The notes below the pieces were generated by a model. It had not been told where the DNA came from. It did no database searches and worked only from the letters and a program-made list of their open reading frames with translations. Positions 14,242-26,100 of a stretch of DNA of 64,000 bases are shown in pieces. A program made the position numbers and the translations under genes. The stretch's first letter is position 1. Each line of letters starts with the position of its first letter. This stretch comes from Bugula neritina (Eukaryota > Animalia > Bryozoa): contig OZ037767.1 in assembly GCA_964035545.1 (NCBI GenBank), positions 26,552,628-26,616,627 on the forward strand, given 5' to 3'.

Positions 14242-15711
14242 CCTTAATATATACCACTTTGATGGCAACAAGTCATTTTTATTAGTCCGTGAATGAGTCT
14301 TGCACGAGATACAAGCAGCAGAACATTGCCAAATAGAGAAACTTAGTAGAAATGAAATAATCACTGTTGCTAAAATTCTATTGACCAATCAAATGGTACT
14401 TATCGTTGATCGCGATTTTTCGTCCATCGTCATCGTTGTGCACACCCAACGATGACGATTTCGTTTGAATTCCCTCAAATTTTCTCGTACGAATGTTTTT
14501 TCGTGTCAAATAGACGATTTCGTGTGATTCTCACGATCGTGTGGCCAGGGCTTTACTCATGAAAATCGTCACGAGTTTCGCGTGATTCTCACAAGCGTGA
14601 AGCCAGGCCTTAATATTTTATGTGAGAAAAGAATAACTTGGTAATGAAGTTCCTACAATTTCTTTGCTACTATTTATACTAACCTAATTGTTTTCTATTC
14701 TTTGTCTTCTGGTGGTACTCTTCAGCGTCATCCATCACTACGTTCATGTATTCATCAAACCCAACAATTATGCCTTCAATTCTCAAGTTTACATTTTCAT
14801 ATAACCATACAGAAATCCTGCTTCGATTTTGCAAATACCTGAATATTAGGTTCTGAAGAATATGTTAAGGAATAATCCAACAGTGACATATGAGTTTGAA
14901 TAAAATGGCCAAACTCTCAAAAACTAGAATAAATTAAGTTCACTGAATACACTAGTTAACAATCTTTGTAAAATTATTCCACTAAAAGTAGAGGCAATCA
15001 CTTGCAGTGATTGCATACTAATTAGTACCCTTATCTTTGCTTCAACTATCCAATACCAACACTAGCTACAAACTTTTAAAGTTACAGAAAACCACACATC
15101 TGTTGAAGTAAGAGTGTATCAAAAATTGTTTGGATCATTTTTGAAGCTGGTAGACTTCTTATGCCTTAAAGTTAAAGTTAAATCATGCCGGCAATATACA
15201 AAAGTGATAAATTACCAAGTGATACAAAGTCAAACCCAAACTAATAGTAATAGGCAAAGCCAAACAATTAGTATTACTAAAAAAAAACTCTATAAGTAAA
15301 TTCCTATTAAAACTAAAATATTTAATTAAATTATACTAACAGTTATAGCATAATGATAAACATTAAAAACTAAAACTATAAATTAAAATATAACATAATC
15401 ATAATGATAAACTACTACTATTACTACTACTACTACTAGTACCAAAAAGTAGAACGACAACTAGAAGCATAACGATAATCTAAATTATTAATATTCTGAA
15501 ACAATCATATACCATCAATTAAACTTAATTTTAATAAATATAATAATTATTTCATTATTATAAAAACAATATGAATATTAATAAAACAATCACTATCAGA
15601 CAATGTGAATGTAATTGTAAAAGTCTATAAGTAAATAAAAATATTAAATTCAATAAAGGATACAATAGGCTGCACCATCACTTTCTGTACTTTTTGAGGT
15701 TTGTATGCCAT
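12732..15711 (-). CDS. SNRPE: Small nuclear ribonucleoprotein E (Sm-E), 94 aa, 3 exons
   Basis: Exons 15711-15664 ([16 protein letters not shown]), 14852-14684 ([45 protein letters not shown]...KQL) and 12799-12732 ([22 protein letters not shown]). Sm1 and Sm2 motifs are recognisable and phases are consistent. Confidence 0.97.
13677..14552. mobile_element. Related MITE inserted in opposite orientation inside the outer copy
   Basis: Terminal inverted repeat AGCCCTGGCCACACGATCGTGAGAAT matches at both ends, flanked by TAA/TTA. 14283-14552 is the reverse complement of ~13359-13626. Confidence 0.8.
14150..14238. repeat. Interrupted (TA)n microsatellite inside the inner MITE
   Basis: Direct reading of the TA runs. 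Confidence 0.95.
14853..15663 (-). other. U12-type (minor spliceosome) GT-AG intron 1 of SNRPE
   Basis: 5' splice site GTATCCTTT (15663-15655); branch site TTCCTTAAC (14872-14864) about 10 nt from the CAG acceptor. Confidence 0.93.
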
Positions 15712-15950
15712 TGTGATTGCTTGTCTTGCTATAAAGGTTGAGGTGAAGTGTATGTGAAGAATGGACCACCAAATTTAAATTTTATTTACATTAAAGAGAA
15801 GCGTGACAATTCCTCAACGTTTAATTATTAAGTGAAGGAACAATTCGAATAGTTCCGAATGAACATGGCGGTAAGAAATGCGACTTTTCTTAAAAATGGC
15901 TTGATTGGTTGATTAGCAAGCGTTGATTGTAACATAACTCTTATTGGTAT
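15712..15950. promoter_or_regulatory. Probable bidirectional promoter region shared by SNRPE (-) and PARP4 (+)
   Basis: SNRPE ATG at 15711 faces left. A plus-strand donor (ATGAACATGGCG|GTAAGA, GT at 15871) lies ~160 bp away. Inverted CCAAT (ATTGG) at 15904 and ~15943. Transcription starts were not observed. Confidence 0.45.
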
Positions 15951-17127
15951 ATTTGTTCAACTTTTTTTTTAATAAGCAAATTAGTGCTGTTAACTAAATT
16001 TTTATTACTATAGGTCAATAATAATAGTAACAAAAATAAAAATAATACAATCTATCAAAATTTTACATACACGCATGAGGCGTAAATTTAAAGGTGTATA
16101 GAAAAGATAACTCTAGTCTTGCTAAAAGCACTTTTAACGCAGGTATACAAAACCCTTGACTTGTGCCCACATCTTATTGCCTGTATATTATCTATATCAA
16201 TAACAACCTTGCATATTATAGAGTTATCTTTTCTTTTCAAAAACAACTCTATCTTGTTGGCTACTAATAAAGAAATTAAGAACTGATAAATATAGTCAAC
16301 TTAAACTTCAGGTCGAAGTTAACGACTGCAAAACATACTACTAACATTATGCAATAAATAGCTCGGGTTTTCCATTCTTTAACTATTATATTTCCGGCAC
16401 TTACTGAATTATAAGTGTGAATCTTTAGTTTATCATCTTTAGCAATGTACTTCAGTTTAAAGTTTTTGCAGTACTAGTTGTAGCAAGGGCTCTACTAGTG
16501 CTTCAACTGAAGTAAACTACTTAGCCTTTGGCCGAGTTACTGCTAGGGGTGATGAGCATCAGCACCTTAGTGTTGATGTTCATAGACATAGTGATACTGA
16601 TACTGATAGTCATAGTGATAGTGAAACTGATTGCCATTATCATTATGATTATCATTATGTTTATGATAAGGATACTGATCTGATAGTGATAGTCATACTG
16701 ATGCTCATGGGGCTATTTACTGTCAGTATCACTATCATAGTGATAATTATAATGATAGACTGATAGCCTACTGATGGTGAAACTAAAAGTGAAACTGAAT
16801 GTGATACTGATAGTTTTACGCTTACTTTTAGTATAAGTATAGAATTAATTATTCATATCACTATGAATTGTACTTGTAGTTAATAATGTTATTGTTTATG
16901 CTAAACTTTCCAAGAGCCTGAAACTGAGAGAACAAAAAACAGAAACTACACAAAGAAGCTGTATGTTTATACCTGTAATAATAACTATATTAAGAATGTA
17001 CTTTCAAGTCTGCCGCAGTCATGTACACTAATTAAAAATTGGCTACAGTGCAAATTTTCAAATGGGTTATCTCTGGTACGCTTTAGATACAATGTGGAAA
17101 TAAATAACTGGTTGAAATTATTTACTG

Positions 17128-20100
17128 ATGAAAAGAGCCATGATACTAGAACCATATTCTCTGATATCTCCTTCACGCAAGAAACGAAAAGACACCAAAA
17201 CTTCACCACTAGCTAACAAAATATTGAAAATAACTTCAGGATCGCTGAATACAGCTTTCAAGTCATCATCACTTTTCTATGCCTCATCATCACTTGATGC
17301 TTCATCACGAAATAAAAGGTCGCCCAGCTTCTTGAATGACAGTAAGTATTTTTTAAGAATATACTGATTACAGCTGTATTATTATAACAATAATATAGTA
17401 TGCACTATGTTATATCAGTGTAAATATATAATAATACAATAAACTTCATCATTGCAATAATATATTGTGTTATCATAATGATAATACAGTGTATTATATC
17501 ATTGTAATAGTTATTAGAGTATAATTTATACCAATAATTCAATATATTATATTAGTAATTCAATATATTATATAATTATAATAATAATTTTATTATATTA
17601 TATTACTATAATCATTATTTGTGCTGTTCTAATATTTTACTTGGCAACTATTCGTATGCTGTTGGCTGATGTACTGAAACTGAAATGATTTGCATTTTAT
17701 TCAAATATTTCCTAGCAGCATCGGCATGAGTGAGTGCTGGCTATTTACGTTTTTGTTAGCTTTCTGCTTATTGCACTAATGTCTCGTTTTACTTGCCATA
17801 TTTTTTAATCTACGTGGCCAATGAGATTGTCCAAACTGCTTTGTTAGTAAAATGTCTTTGTGATAGAATTACCAATATTCAAGTTTGAGCATAATGTATC
17901 TATTCACATTTGCAGCGGAAACACTAAAAAAGAAAGCAGTTTCTACCCTTTTTCTGAACAAGAGTTTTGCTATTGAGTTTCCTACGAGTTGCAAGTACAA
18001 AGATAAGCAAAAGATACGGAGAGATATCACAGAACATGGTGGTACCATCTTTCACATCCTCACTAAGAAAGTGAGTCACCTAGAATAATAATGTGAATTT
18101 AACCGGCTGTTTAATTTGTATACCCGACCGATATAGATAGATGTATGAAAGAAAATATATAGCACTGGTAATATTGTACTATTATAGAATCTACTTTCAT
18201 TTTTTAACTTTTCTTTGATATTTTAGCTTACCTTGCTAACGAAACCGTTACAGAATGTGCTGCTTTGTTATTTCATTTTTTATTTGTAACTTTTTAACCG
18301 GAACTGCATATCGTAATATTTGGTTTGTTGCATTTTGTAATAGATTTACCATTTGCGTAGGTCACAGCTCTTATTATCTCTGATGAAGAATGCAAAACTA
18401 CATACAAGTGTAGGAAAGCTCAAGAGTTGTCAATTCCTGTTATTGATATCAAATACATAGAAGACTCCATAAAAGATGGTGTGGCAAAGGATTTGGATGA
18501 GTATATGGTGATTGGGCGCAGCAGAACAGAGCAGCTGAAAAGTGGCACCATAAGCAGTAAGTTACCGCACTGATTCCTAGTATGACAACTCTAGCTTTGC
18601 CTAAGGTTTGTTTGTCATTTAGAAAACCTCACAGCCTTTACATTCATAGGTAAATCGCGATATATTCTTCAAGTTTGTTGTTATTTTGACTGGCTTAACT
18701 ATGTTTTAATGATGATCTGTTCAAAAATTCTGATCATTTGAAAAGGTTTTTGTTTACCAAACTGTTCTCCTAAAACTGCTCTACATTTAATCATGAAAGG
18801 CAGTTTATTTGTCTCATAACCAGCTTCTCCGTACTGCAGTAGCTGGTCTAAAAGTTGGTATTGGAAGACTCGTGTTAATATTTCTGTATGATTTACTAAC
18901 TCAGGTAAACCTGGCACTACTACCAAATCCGCCTCCTCTTCAACAAACTTTCTACAGACAGTTGACTGGAGAAAGTTCCCTTGTACTGAGAAAGACCAAT
19001 CATATCTGAGCAAGCCTGATGAGTATCAAGTACCAAAGTGGGCATTTCTCAGGGCCGAGGTAGTTATTATTCAAGTAAACTGCCAGTCAGGGTCAATCAA
19101 ATTATCACTATTAGCGATTACTACTCCAAGTCCCTGTGGTGACTTGTATATTCTCCGCTATGTTTCAAGTTAGTATTGGAATTCATATAACTTATATATA
19201 GTTATATTCATGAGAGTTTATGACAGTCAATGTAAATTATTACTATAACTATTTATATCTGTATATTATAATTATTTGTATATTATTATAATATTAGTAT
19301 ATTATAAAGATTTGCATATTATTATAATATTTGCATATTATTATAATATTTGTATATTAATATATTTGTATATTAATATATTTGTATATTATTATATTTG
19401 TTTTATTATATTACATAACTTTTAGATATCAGAATGTGTTTTAACGTATAAAGCAAAGCAAAGATATCAATTGTTTCTTATTGTATATTTGCAGTCTAAT
19501 AAACCTCAGCTCTACGTATTGGAGATACATGTGATTGACTCGGGTAGTAATAATGTGCGCTTCACTGTATTTTCTCAACTTTACCATGTAAGTTTTGCAA
19601 CTGTTTTATGTGCGACTCATTGCTTAATGACATTATATTTTTATCCAAGCTTTCTGTACACTTTTACCATAATTTGATTTCTTAATTTGATGGATAATGA
19701 AAGAAATTAATTGAAATTGAAAGCCACTGTTGATTGTAATAGAGGTTTTGGTATTGGTTTAAGCCAATAATGTGCCATCCAATGACACTTAAGTCACTCA
19801 TCATATGTTATTCAGTCAAAATGAAGTAAGTTAGTCTACATGTTGATGTTCCACTTCCCAGCACTCAGTTCTCTGCATGTACTTTTAATAAAATATATTC
19901 TAATTTTATTATTAGAAGATACCATTACTTTAGTTTGATAAAACTTTCTAAGAAACCTACTCAGGCTACGTTGTGTTATACATTGATCTCTTTTCACAGG
20001 GTGATAAACTAGTGAAGGAAGAGTTGAGAGAAGTCAATGAAACTATTCAAGCTGAAGCTCTCTTCACCAGTCTTCTAGAGCACTTCACCAAGATACAGAA

Positions 20101-23100
20101 AGGGGACAACAGTTTCAAACTGTTAGACTCAGTTCCACCAAATAGGGGTTCGATCAAGCTGCAGCAGGTGATTAATATATTCTGGAGGATCAAGTTGGGC
20201 TTATAAATTGAATTATTATTGACTCTCATTACAGTAATCAATAAATATTGTGTACAGGTAATATGGTGGTAAACATATCTATGATAGACTTGTAGTTTCG
20301 TAGGTACAGGTTATCTTAAAACTCTTCATATGCTATGAAAAGCATGTTACTTGGCCATAAAATAATTACTCTTTTTTTAATTGTTTCAAATGCAATTAAC
20401 TGGTTATTTATTGTAAATATTATAGAGTGGTCATGTATTGCACCCTGGTGCTTGTGTAAATAGGTTTAAATTTTTGTTCACAACAGCTTTAAATTCGGAG
20501 AATGACTTTCGATGATTAACCAAGTCAGTTTTTATAAGACACGAGTGTTTCTAAACCTAGTGTTTTTTTGTCTTTACCGTATTGGTATCCAGTTACTATT
20601 CATTCAAGGAACAGGGTTGGCTTTGCTACACGTAAGATGATGAACTACTCTATTATTCTGTCTGTGTTCTAAGTCTTAATTTAAAAGACCAATCTGTCAT
20701 CTGCTTTAAGTGGCATCACTGAAGCTTACAGTTTGCTATTCTAAGTTTAGTCTTTCGTCGTCTAAAAGCTGCTGATATGGTCAACGTACCTAGCATGTTG
20801 TTACTACTATCTACTTAATAATACATATGTATATATGTATCTACTTCATATACTTACTATATATACATGTATTTATACATGACTCTATTTGATATTCTGT
20901 TGGATGATAGTCTGGTTGTATTTTGACTTCAGTCCCTATTCTCATGGACTATAGATGACGTAGTCCTCTCCCGTGATGTCCAGCAACTCATTGACATGGT
21001 TTGGGATGAAGCTGTAGGCCAAGTGAAGGACACGCTGGGAGACATCAATGGCATATCACGGGAAGGCGTAGAGGAGGCTGAGGGTAAGTCATGCAGTGGT
21101 ATGCTGCAGTGTGGAGCCAATGAAAGGTAAGTTTCACAGCATCATAATGGAAACCACATTTCTAAAGGGTGTACAGCAAAGTGAAAGTGAGTCACACTAT
21201 ACTACATGCCTGGTATGTCTATATATATATTATGCTCCCTGGTTGTATATATGTCAAATTATGCCAGCCTAAATGGTACAACTTACAATGCTTGTTATAT
21301 TTGAAAGGTTCTACAACAATAAATGACTATATTTATAAGCAAATAATTAATAACTAAAAACAAAATTTATATTTCCAAATACCAATTGTTAGGGTTGCTG
21401 TTGGAGATGAAAAGACAGCTAGTGAGTGGTTACAAGGATGAGACAAAATGGTGGCAGATGGCTGATGATTATTTCAATTCCTTACCTTTCCGTGAGAGAA
21501 CATCTGTGAATTCTCTCAAAGACATCAACAAGCATCTCGATGTGATTCAGGTGACCTTTTACTGCGTATCATAATGACCTTTTCAACAGTTTATATAGTG
21601 TACTCCCTTTCCACTCTACCATGACGTAATAGTCTATTTACATTACATGTACATTCTCACCTATCTCCACTCTGTCCTGTTCGGGTAGCGCTCTGTCCTG
21701 TTCGGGTAGCGGTTACATTACATCTCCATCTTTGTGGTCCCTCAACTCTTTCATATATTCCATGTAGCGTTATATTGAGTTATTTGTGGCTAACAATTGT
21801 GTTTTAGCTTCTGCATGACATACTGAGTGTAGGAGAGATCACTGATTGGCAACTGACGGTGTCAACTAAGAATAAGATGAAAGCCCTCAATTGCCACATC
21901 TCAGAGTACAGTGGCTCTCTATCTGACCTCGGGCTATCATTACCATATCTGTAAGCTACACATATATAATATCTAACCATGTATAACATCACCTTTATAA
22001 TATATATATAGTCAACATACTAATATCCCCATTAAAGTACTTTTATCATAATTATGTGTGGGTGCGTGAATATAATATTTTGATATTCGATATGGTGTAC
22101 ATTATGTTACAATGTTTTATAATGTTCTGTGCATTAGGCATTTTATATCAATGTTTGTCAACAGATGTTGTGTCACTTAGTTTATAAGCTTTTTTTAACA
22201 CAATGATACTCTATGTAGTATCCAGACTACATGACCTGCATGCTCTATTTTTGAGGAATGGGCAGTCTGCTAAGATAGAATGTATATACCAAATCAACCG
22301 GCAGATGGAATTGAGTCCTGGGGACCGTGAAGGAACCAAACTGCTCTTTCACGCGTCTAAACCAGAGAACTATCTCGGTATCATGTCAAGGTTGGTTTCT
22401 GTTTTACTCACTTATTTACCCAACATTCAATGTTCTTATTTCCTGTGTTAATGGCTGGCTCTGCTTAATGGTACTCTTTCTCAATGAACTTCTTTTGTTT
22501 TAAAATTTTTCAGTCTTTTTCTCTTAAAATCTCATGCTTTTTATAATATAAAAACTTATAAATAATAAATAAATTATCAGTAGTTTGAATTAATTCAATT
22601 TTTAAACTTTCAGAGGTTTGCTGCTTCCAAAACATGTGGTTGGAGAGTTGGGGGGACAGAGGACAGATGCTGGTAATTTAGGACATGGCCTATACTTTGG
22701 AGACAAGTTCAGGTGTTTATATATGAGTTAACACACTTGGATAGTTGTCTTTTTATCTTACCACATGTTATGCCTGTTCAACTTGGTGAAATATTTGTGA
22801 GCAAATCTAAGTGAGATGTTTGTCTGCTAATAAGTCACGCAGACAAATGTGTAGATTTTTTGTGTGAAGTAATTCTGAGTATATTTTGTGTTCATTCCAT
22901 CCGTTTGTAATTGCCTTTGTGCAGAACAAGTCATAATTCTTTCTCTGTAGTCTACAGCACAATGTCCATCTTAAAGTATAAACTGTGGAATGTTATTGTT
23001 TTTGTTGGCGGCTGTTTTTGAGTATCTGATGTCTAATGAGTGCAGACAGCAGTACGTTCACCTTGTTCCTGTGTTCATGGTTTGTAGGACAAGTGCAGAG

Positions 23101-26100
23101 TATACTAGAAAGTTCTCTAACCACTCCAGACTAATGCTGGTCTGTGAAGTTTTTACTGGAAACTCTTACACTACGGCCACAAAGATGGAGAATCTCACCG
23201 AAGCGCCCTCTGGGTATGACAGCGTATTGGGACTAGGACAAACTTCTGAACAAGCTAGTGAGTTTAAGGTGAGAGTGTGTGTTACTAACTGTTAACTATT
23301 TGTAGCTTCCTAATTGTACCTAAACTGTGGGCTACACTATTTTTAAAATTTATTTTCTCATAATTTATAGCGAGTTCAACTCGATTTGATTATACTTTTT
23401 TTGTTGCGTACAAAGTGCTTTAGACATTTTTTAAAACAGTGACATGAAAGAATTATTTTTTAAAAATTTTTTGGATTTCTAGTTTTAAGTATTTATTATC
23501 TGTTATAAATAATCAAATTTTTGCATTAATTATAATTAAGGTTGATTTCAGTTAAAGGCCAAAAATATAACAGCAAAACTGAAAAACTGTGTTATGTTAG
23601 AAAAAAGCCGATTTGCTGTAAATTAATTTGTTGTGGTAAATCGGACAAGTATTAATTTTCTATATGAAGAAGTAGTTGTGATGTAATTTATTACAGAGAC
23701 TGTTAGTGACTCAACTGTTGTGTGAAACTTTGGCAATTCTGGTGTTAATTCATTTTTATACTATTTTTTTTGTTCAATTGACAATCAAGTAACTAATAGC
23801 TCATAATATTATAGGTTCTCATAAACTCTTGACCTGTAAAAGGCTGACTGGAAATACCTCAACATATGCATGGCTAGGTTTTACATCCTTATGATTTGTT
23901 TAGTCAAAGTTGCTATTGATTTTATATAATTTGCTCTGCTTCCTATTTCATACGTATTGTATAGAATTGTTTTCATTTCAGAGCAATGAGTATTGTGTTT
24001 ACAATACCCAGCAACAACGAGTCAAGTATATCATTCAATACACGGAAGCGTGTGATGAGTCAGACAGGAGAAACTATATACTTAACCGACCAATCAGCAT
24101 GGAAGCGGATGACCCTGAATCCAACAAATCAGAAGTCGTGCCACCATTATACACAGGCAAGAGAAATACTGCAAAGCATATATGTCTTTCTGTTAACTAA
24201 TACATGCTAAACTGGAGTGATATATTGCTATTGGTTTTGTGCTATTTAGGTGGCTCTTCTGATATGTTAGCCGATATTCAACCTGGCTTACAAGTGGAAG
24301 GTGCGGAAGGTGACACCCCCATCCCACTACAGAGCATAAATGTCATGGCTAAGCTTGTAGACCTGCTAGCTGAGGTAATGAATATTTTGTGTGTGCGAAC
24401 CTGCTCTATCCCTTGCGGTGTTGTTATTGTATTGAGGTGCACATAACATCATTTGTTGGTTGAAGGTTGCAATCCATCAAGTCTATTACAACAACTCGGA
24501 TAAGCCGATTGAGGCAAAGTTCGTTTTTCCGCTGAGCGAGATGGCTGCCGTTTGCGGGTTCGAGGCTTTCATAAATGATAAGCATATCGTTGGCAAGGTG
24601 AAGGAAAAGGAGACGGCACGTAGGGAGTATCGTCAGGCCGTCCGCGAAGGTCATGGGGCATATCTTATGACTCAGGACAAGGAGAGACCTGTGAGTCCAG
24701 ATAATATGATATATTTGTGTATCTGTTGGCTAGTTGTATAGCATATATGCTACTTCTGCCACTCTCTGTACAGCATCTGCCCTTTTCTGTAAGGTGTTTG
24801 AGTGCATACCTGTGTGTACTACTATACTCTGCTGTTGAATGTTTATTTATATTCATCTATAATTAAGCAAATGTTTTATTAAATATCTTGAATATGAATT
24901 ATCTTATTCTATCATTGCTGAGTTTAGAATGACGCTTAGTATAAATAAGCTGTTAGTGAGTTTAGGATAATGTTAAGTAATTAGTATTTTTCAGCATCAA
25001 CAACCTTGAGACTTTTTATTTTTGCTTCTACAAAGACAAAACTGTTTGAATGTATTACAGTAATGTATATGATAATTATTTTAGACATTCACCTTTTTAT
25101 ATTGAAGATATATTCTCGCAATGCTCATATCTTTATGTTAGACCAACTAGTAGTCTTAAACCAAGTGTCTGATGACCTTTGCATATTTCCACAGGAAGTG
25201 TTTACTATAAGTGTTGGTAACTTACCTCCCCGCACTCACGTTCTCATCAAGATAACGTACGTCTGCGAGCTGGCTGTACAGGAAGAGAAGCTCGTGTTTG
25301 AGCTTCCTACTAACATCGCTCCGTGGAATGTTAAGCAAGCTCTCGGAGCCAACATTCAGGTATATGTTATGACTACAAGGTTGTGTATTCATTCACCTGA
25401 ACGTGCCTAGGTGAAGAGTGTTTTAATTGTATTTAGGGAAAGTTTTGTTATTTTTTGAAAGAGTGAATGTTCTTGTTTTGATGTTAGCCGAATATTTCAT
25501 ATAGCAACTCATCAAATTGTATAACGCAACTGAACAAGTGAATGTGGGAGATGGAGCACTGCAGACGATCAAATGTGGCCTTGATGTGGTGGTGCAGATG
25601 CCATTTGATATCAGAGAGCTGACTAGTCCCACCCACAAAGTTCTGATTAAGGTTTGTCTACTCTCGGTCTTGTACTGATTCCTGTGTGTGTTGTCACACT
25701 AACTTTTCAAAGTTCAACTCAATTTTTGTGACCTTTAGAGAACTGCTACTCAAGCCATGGTAAGAATTGACGGAGATCAAACTTTGGACAAAGGTTTTAC
25801 TCTGATGGTAGAACTTGCAGAAGTTCATGTTCCCAGAATGATTATAGAGAATCATCCTGAAGATCCAGAGTCTATGCAGGTAAGTCAATAATATTACCAT
25901 ATATGGTAATATCATCAACTTATATTACCATATATGGTAAAAAGTTTTGCTTGCTCTAGTGCTGACTTCTAAGTGAGGTTCAACAGTCGTTGGGAGATTT
26001 TGTTGGAGATTTGATTGATTATGTTAACTCTGTAAACTGTGTAAATTGGTAACATCCAAACAATGTGTTGATATATGATTCACTGGTATTCAGTATAACT

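Larger units (their letters stand above)
13359..14610. mobile_element. Non-autonomous TIR element (MITE, PIF/Harbinger-like), outer copy of ~375 bp split by a nested insertion
   Basis: Ends taa|GGGCCTGGCC ... AGCCAGGCCT|taa with a 3-bp TAA duplication (13356-58, 14611-13). Segments 13359-13676 and 14553-14610 rejoin into one element colinear with the inner copy. No transposase ORF. Confidence 0.8.

Noticed and set aside
13229-14388. Short ORFs within the MITE pair (possible transposase)
   Set aside because: No DDE or Myb/SANT motifs; the similarity between them only reflects the inverted repeat.
16570-16812. Degenerate gatagt/gatact-rich tract that looks like Asp/Ser-rich coding sequence
   Set aside because: Interrupted by stops and lacks a consistent exon frame; treated as decayed simple repeat.
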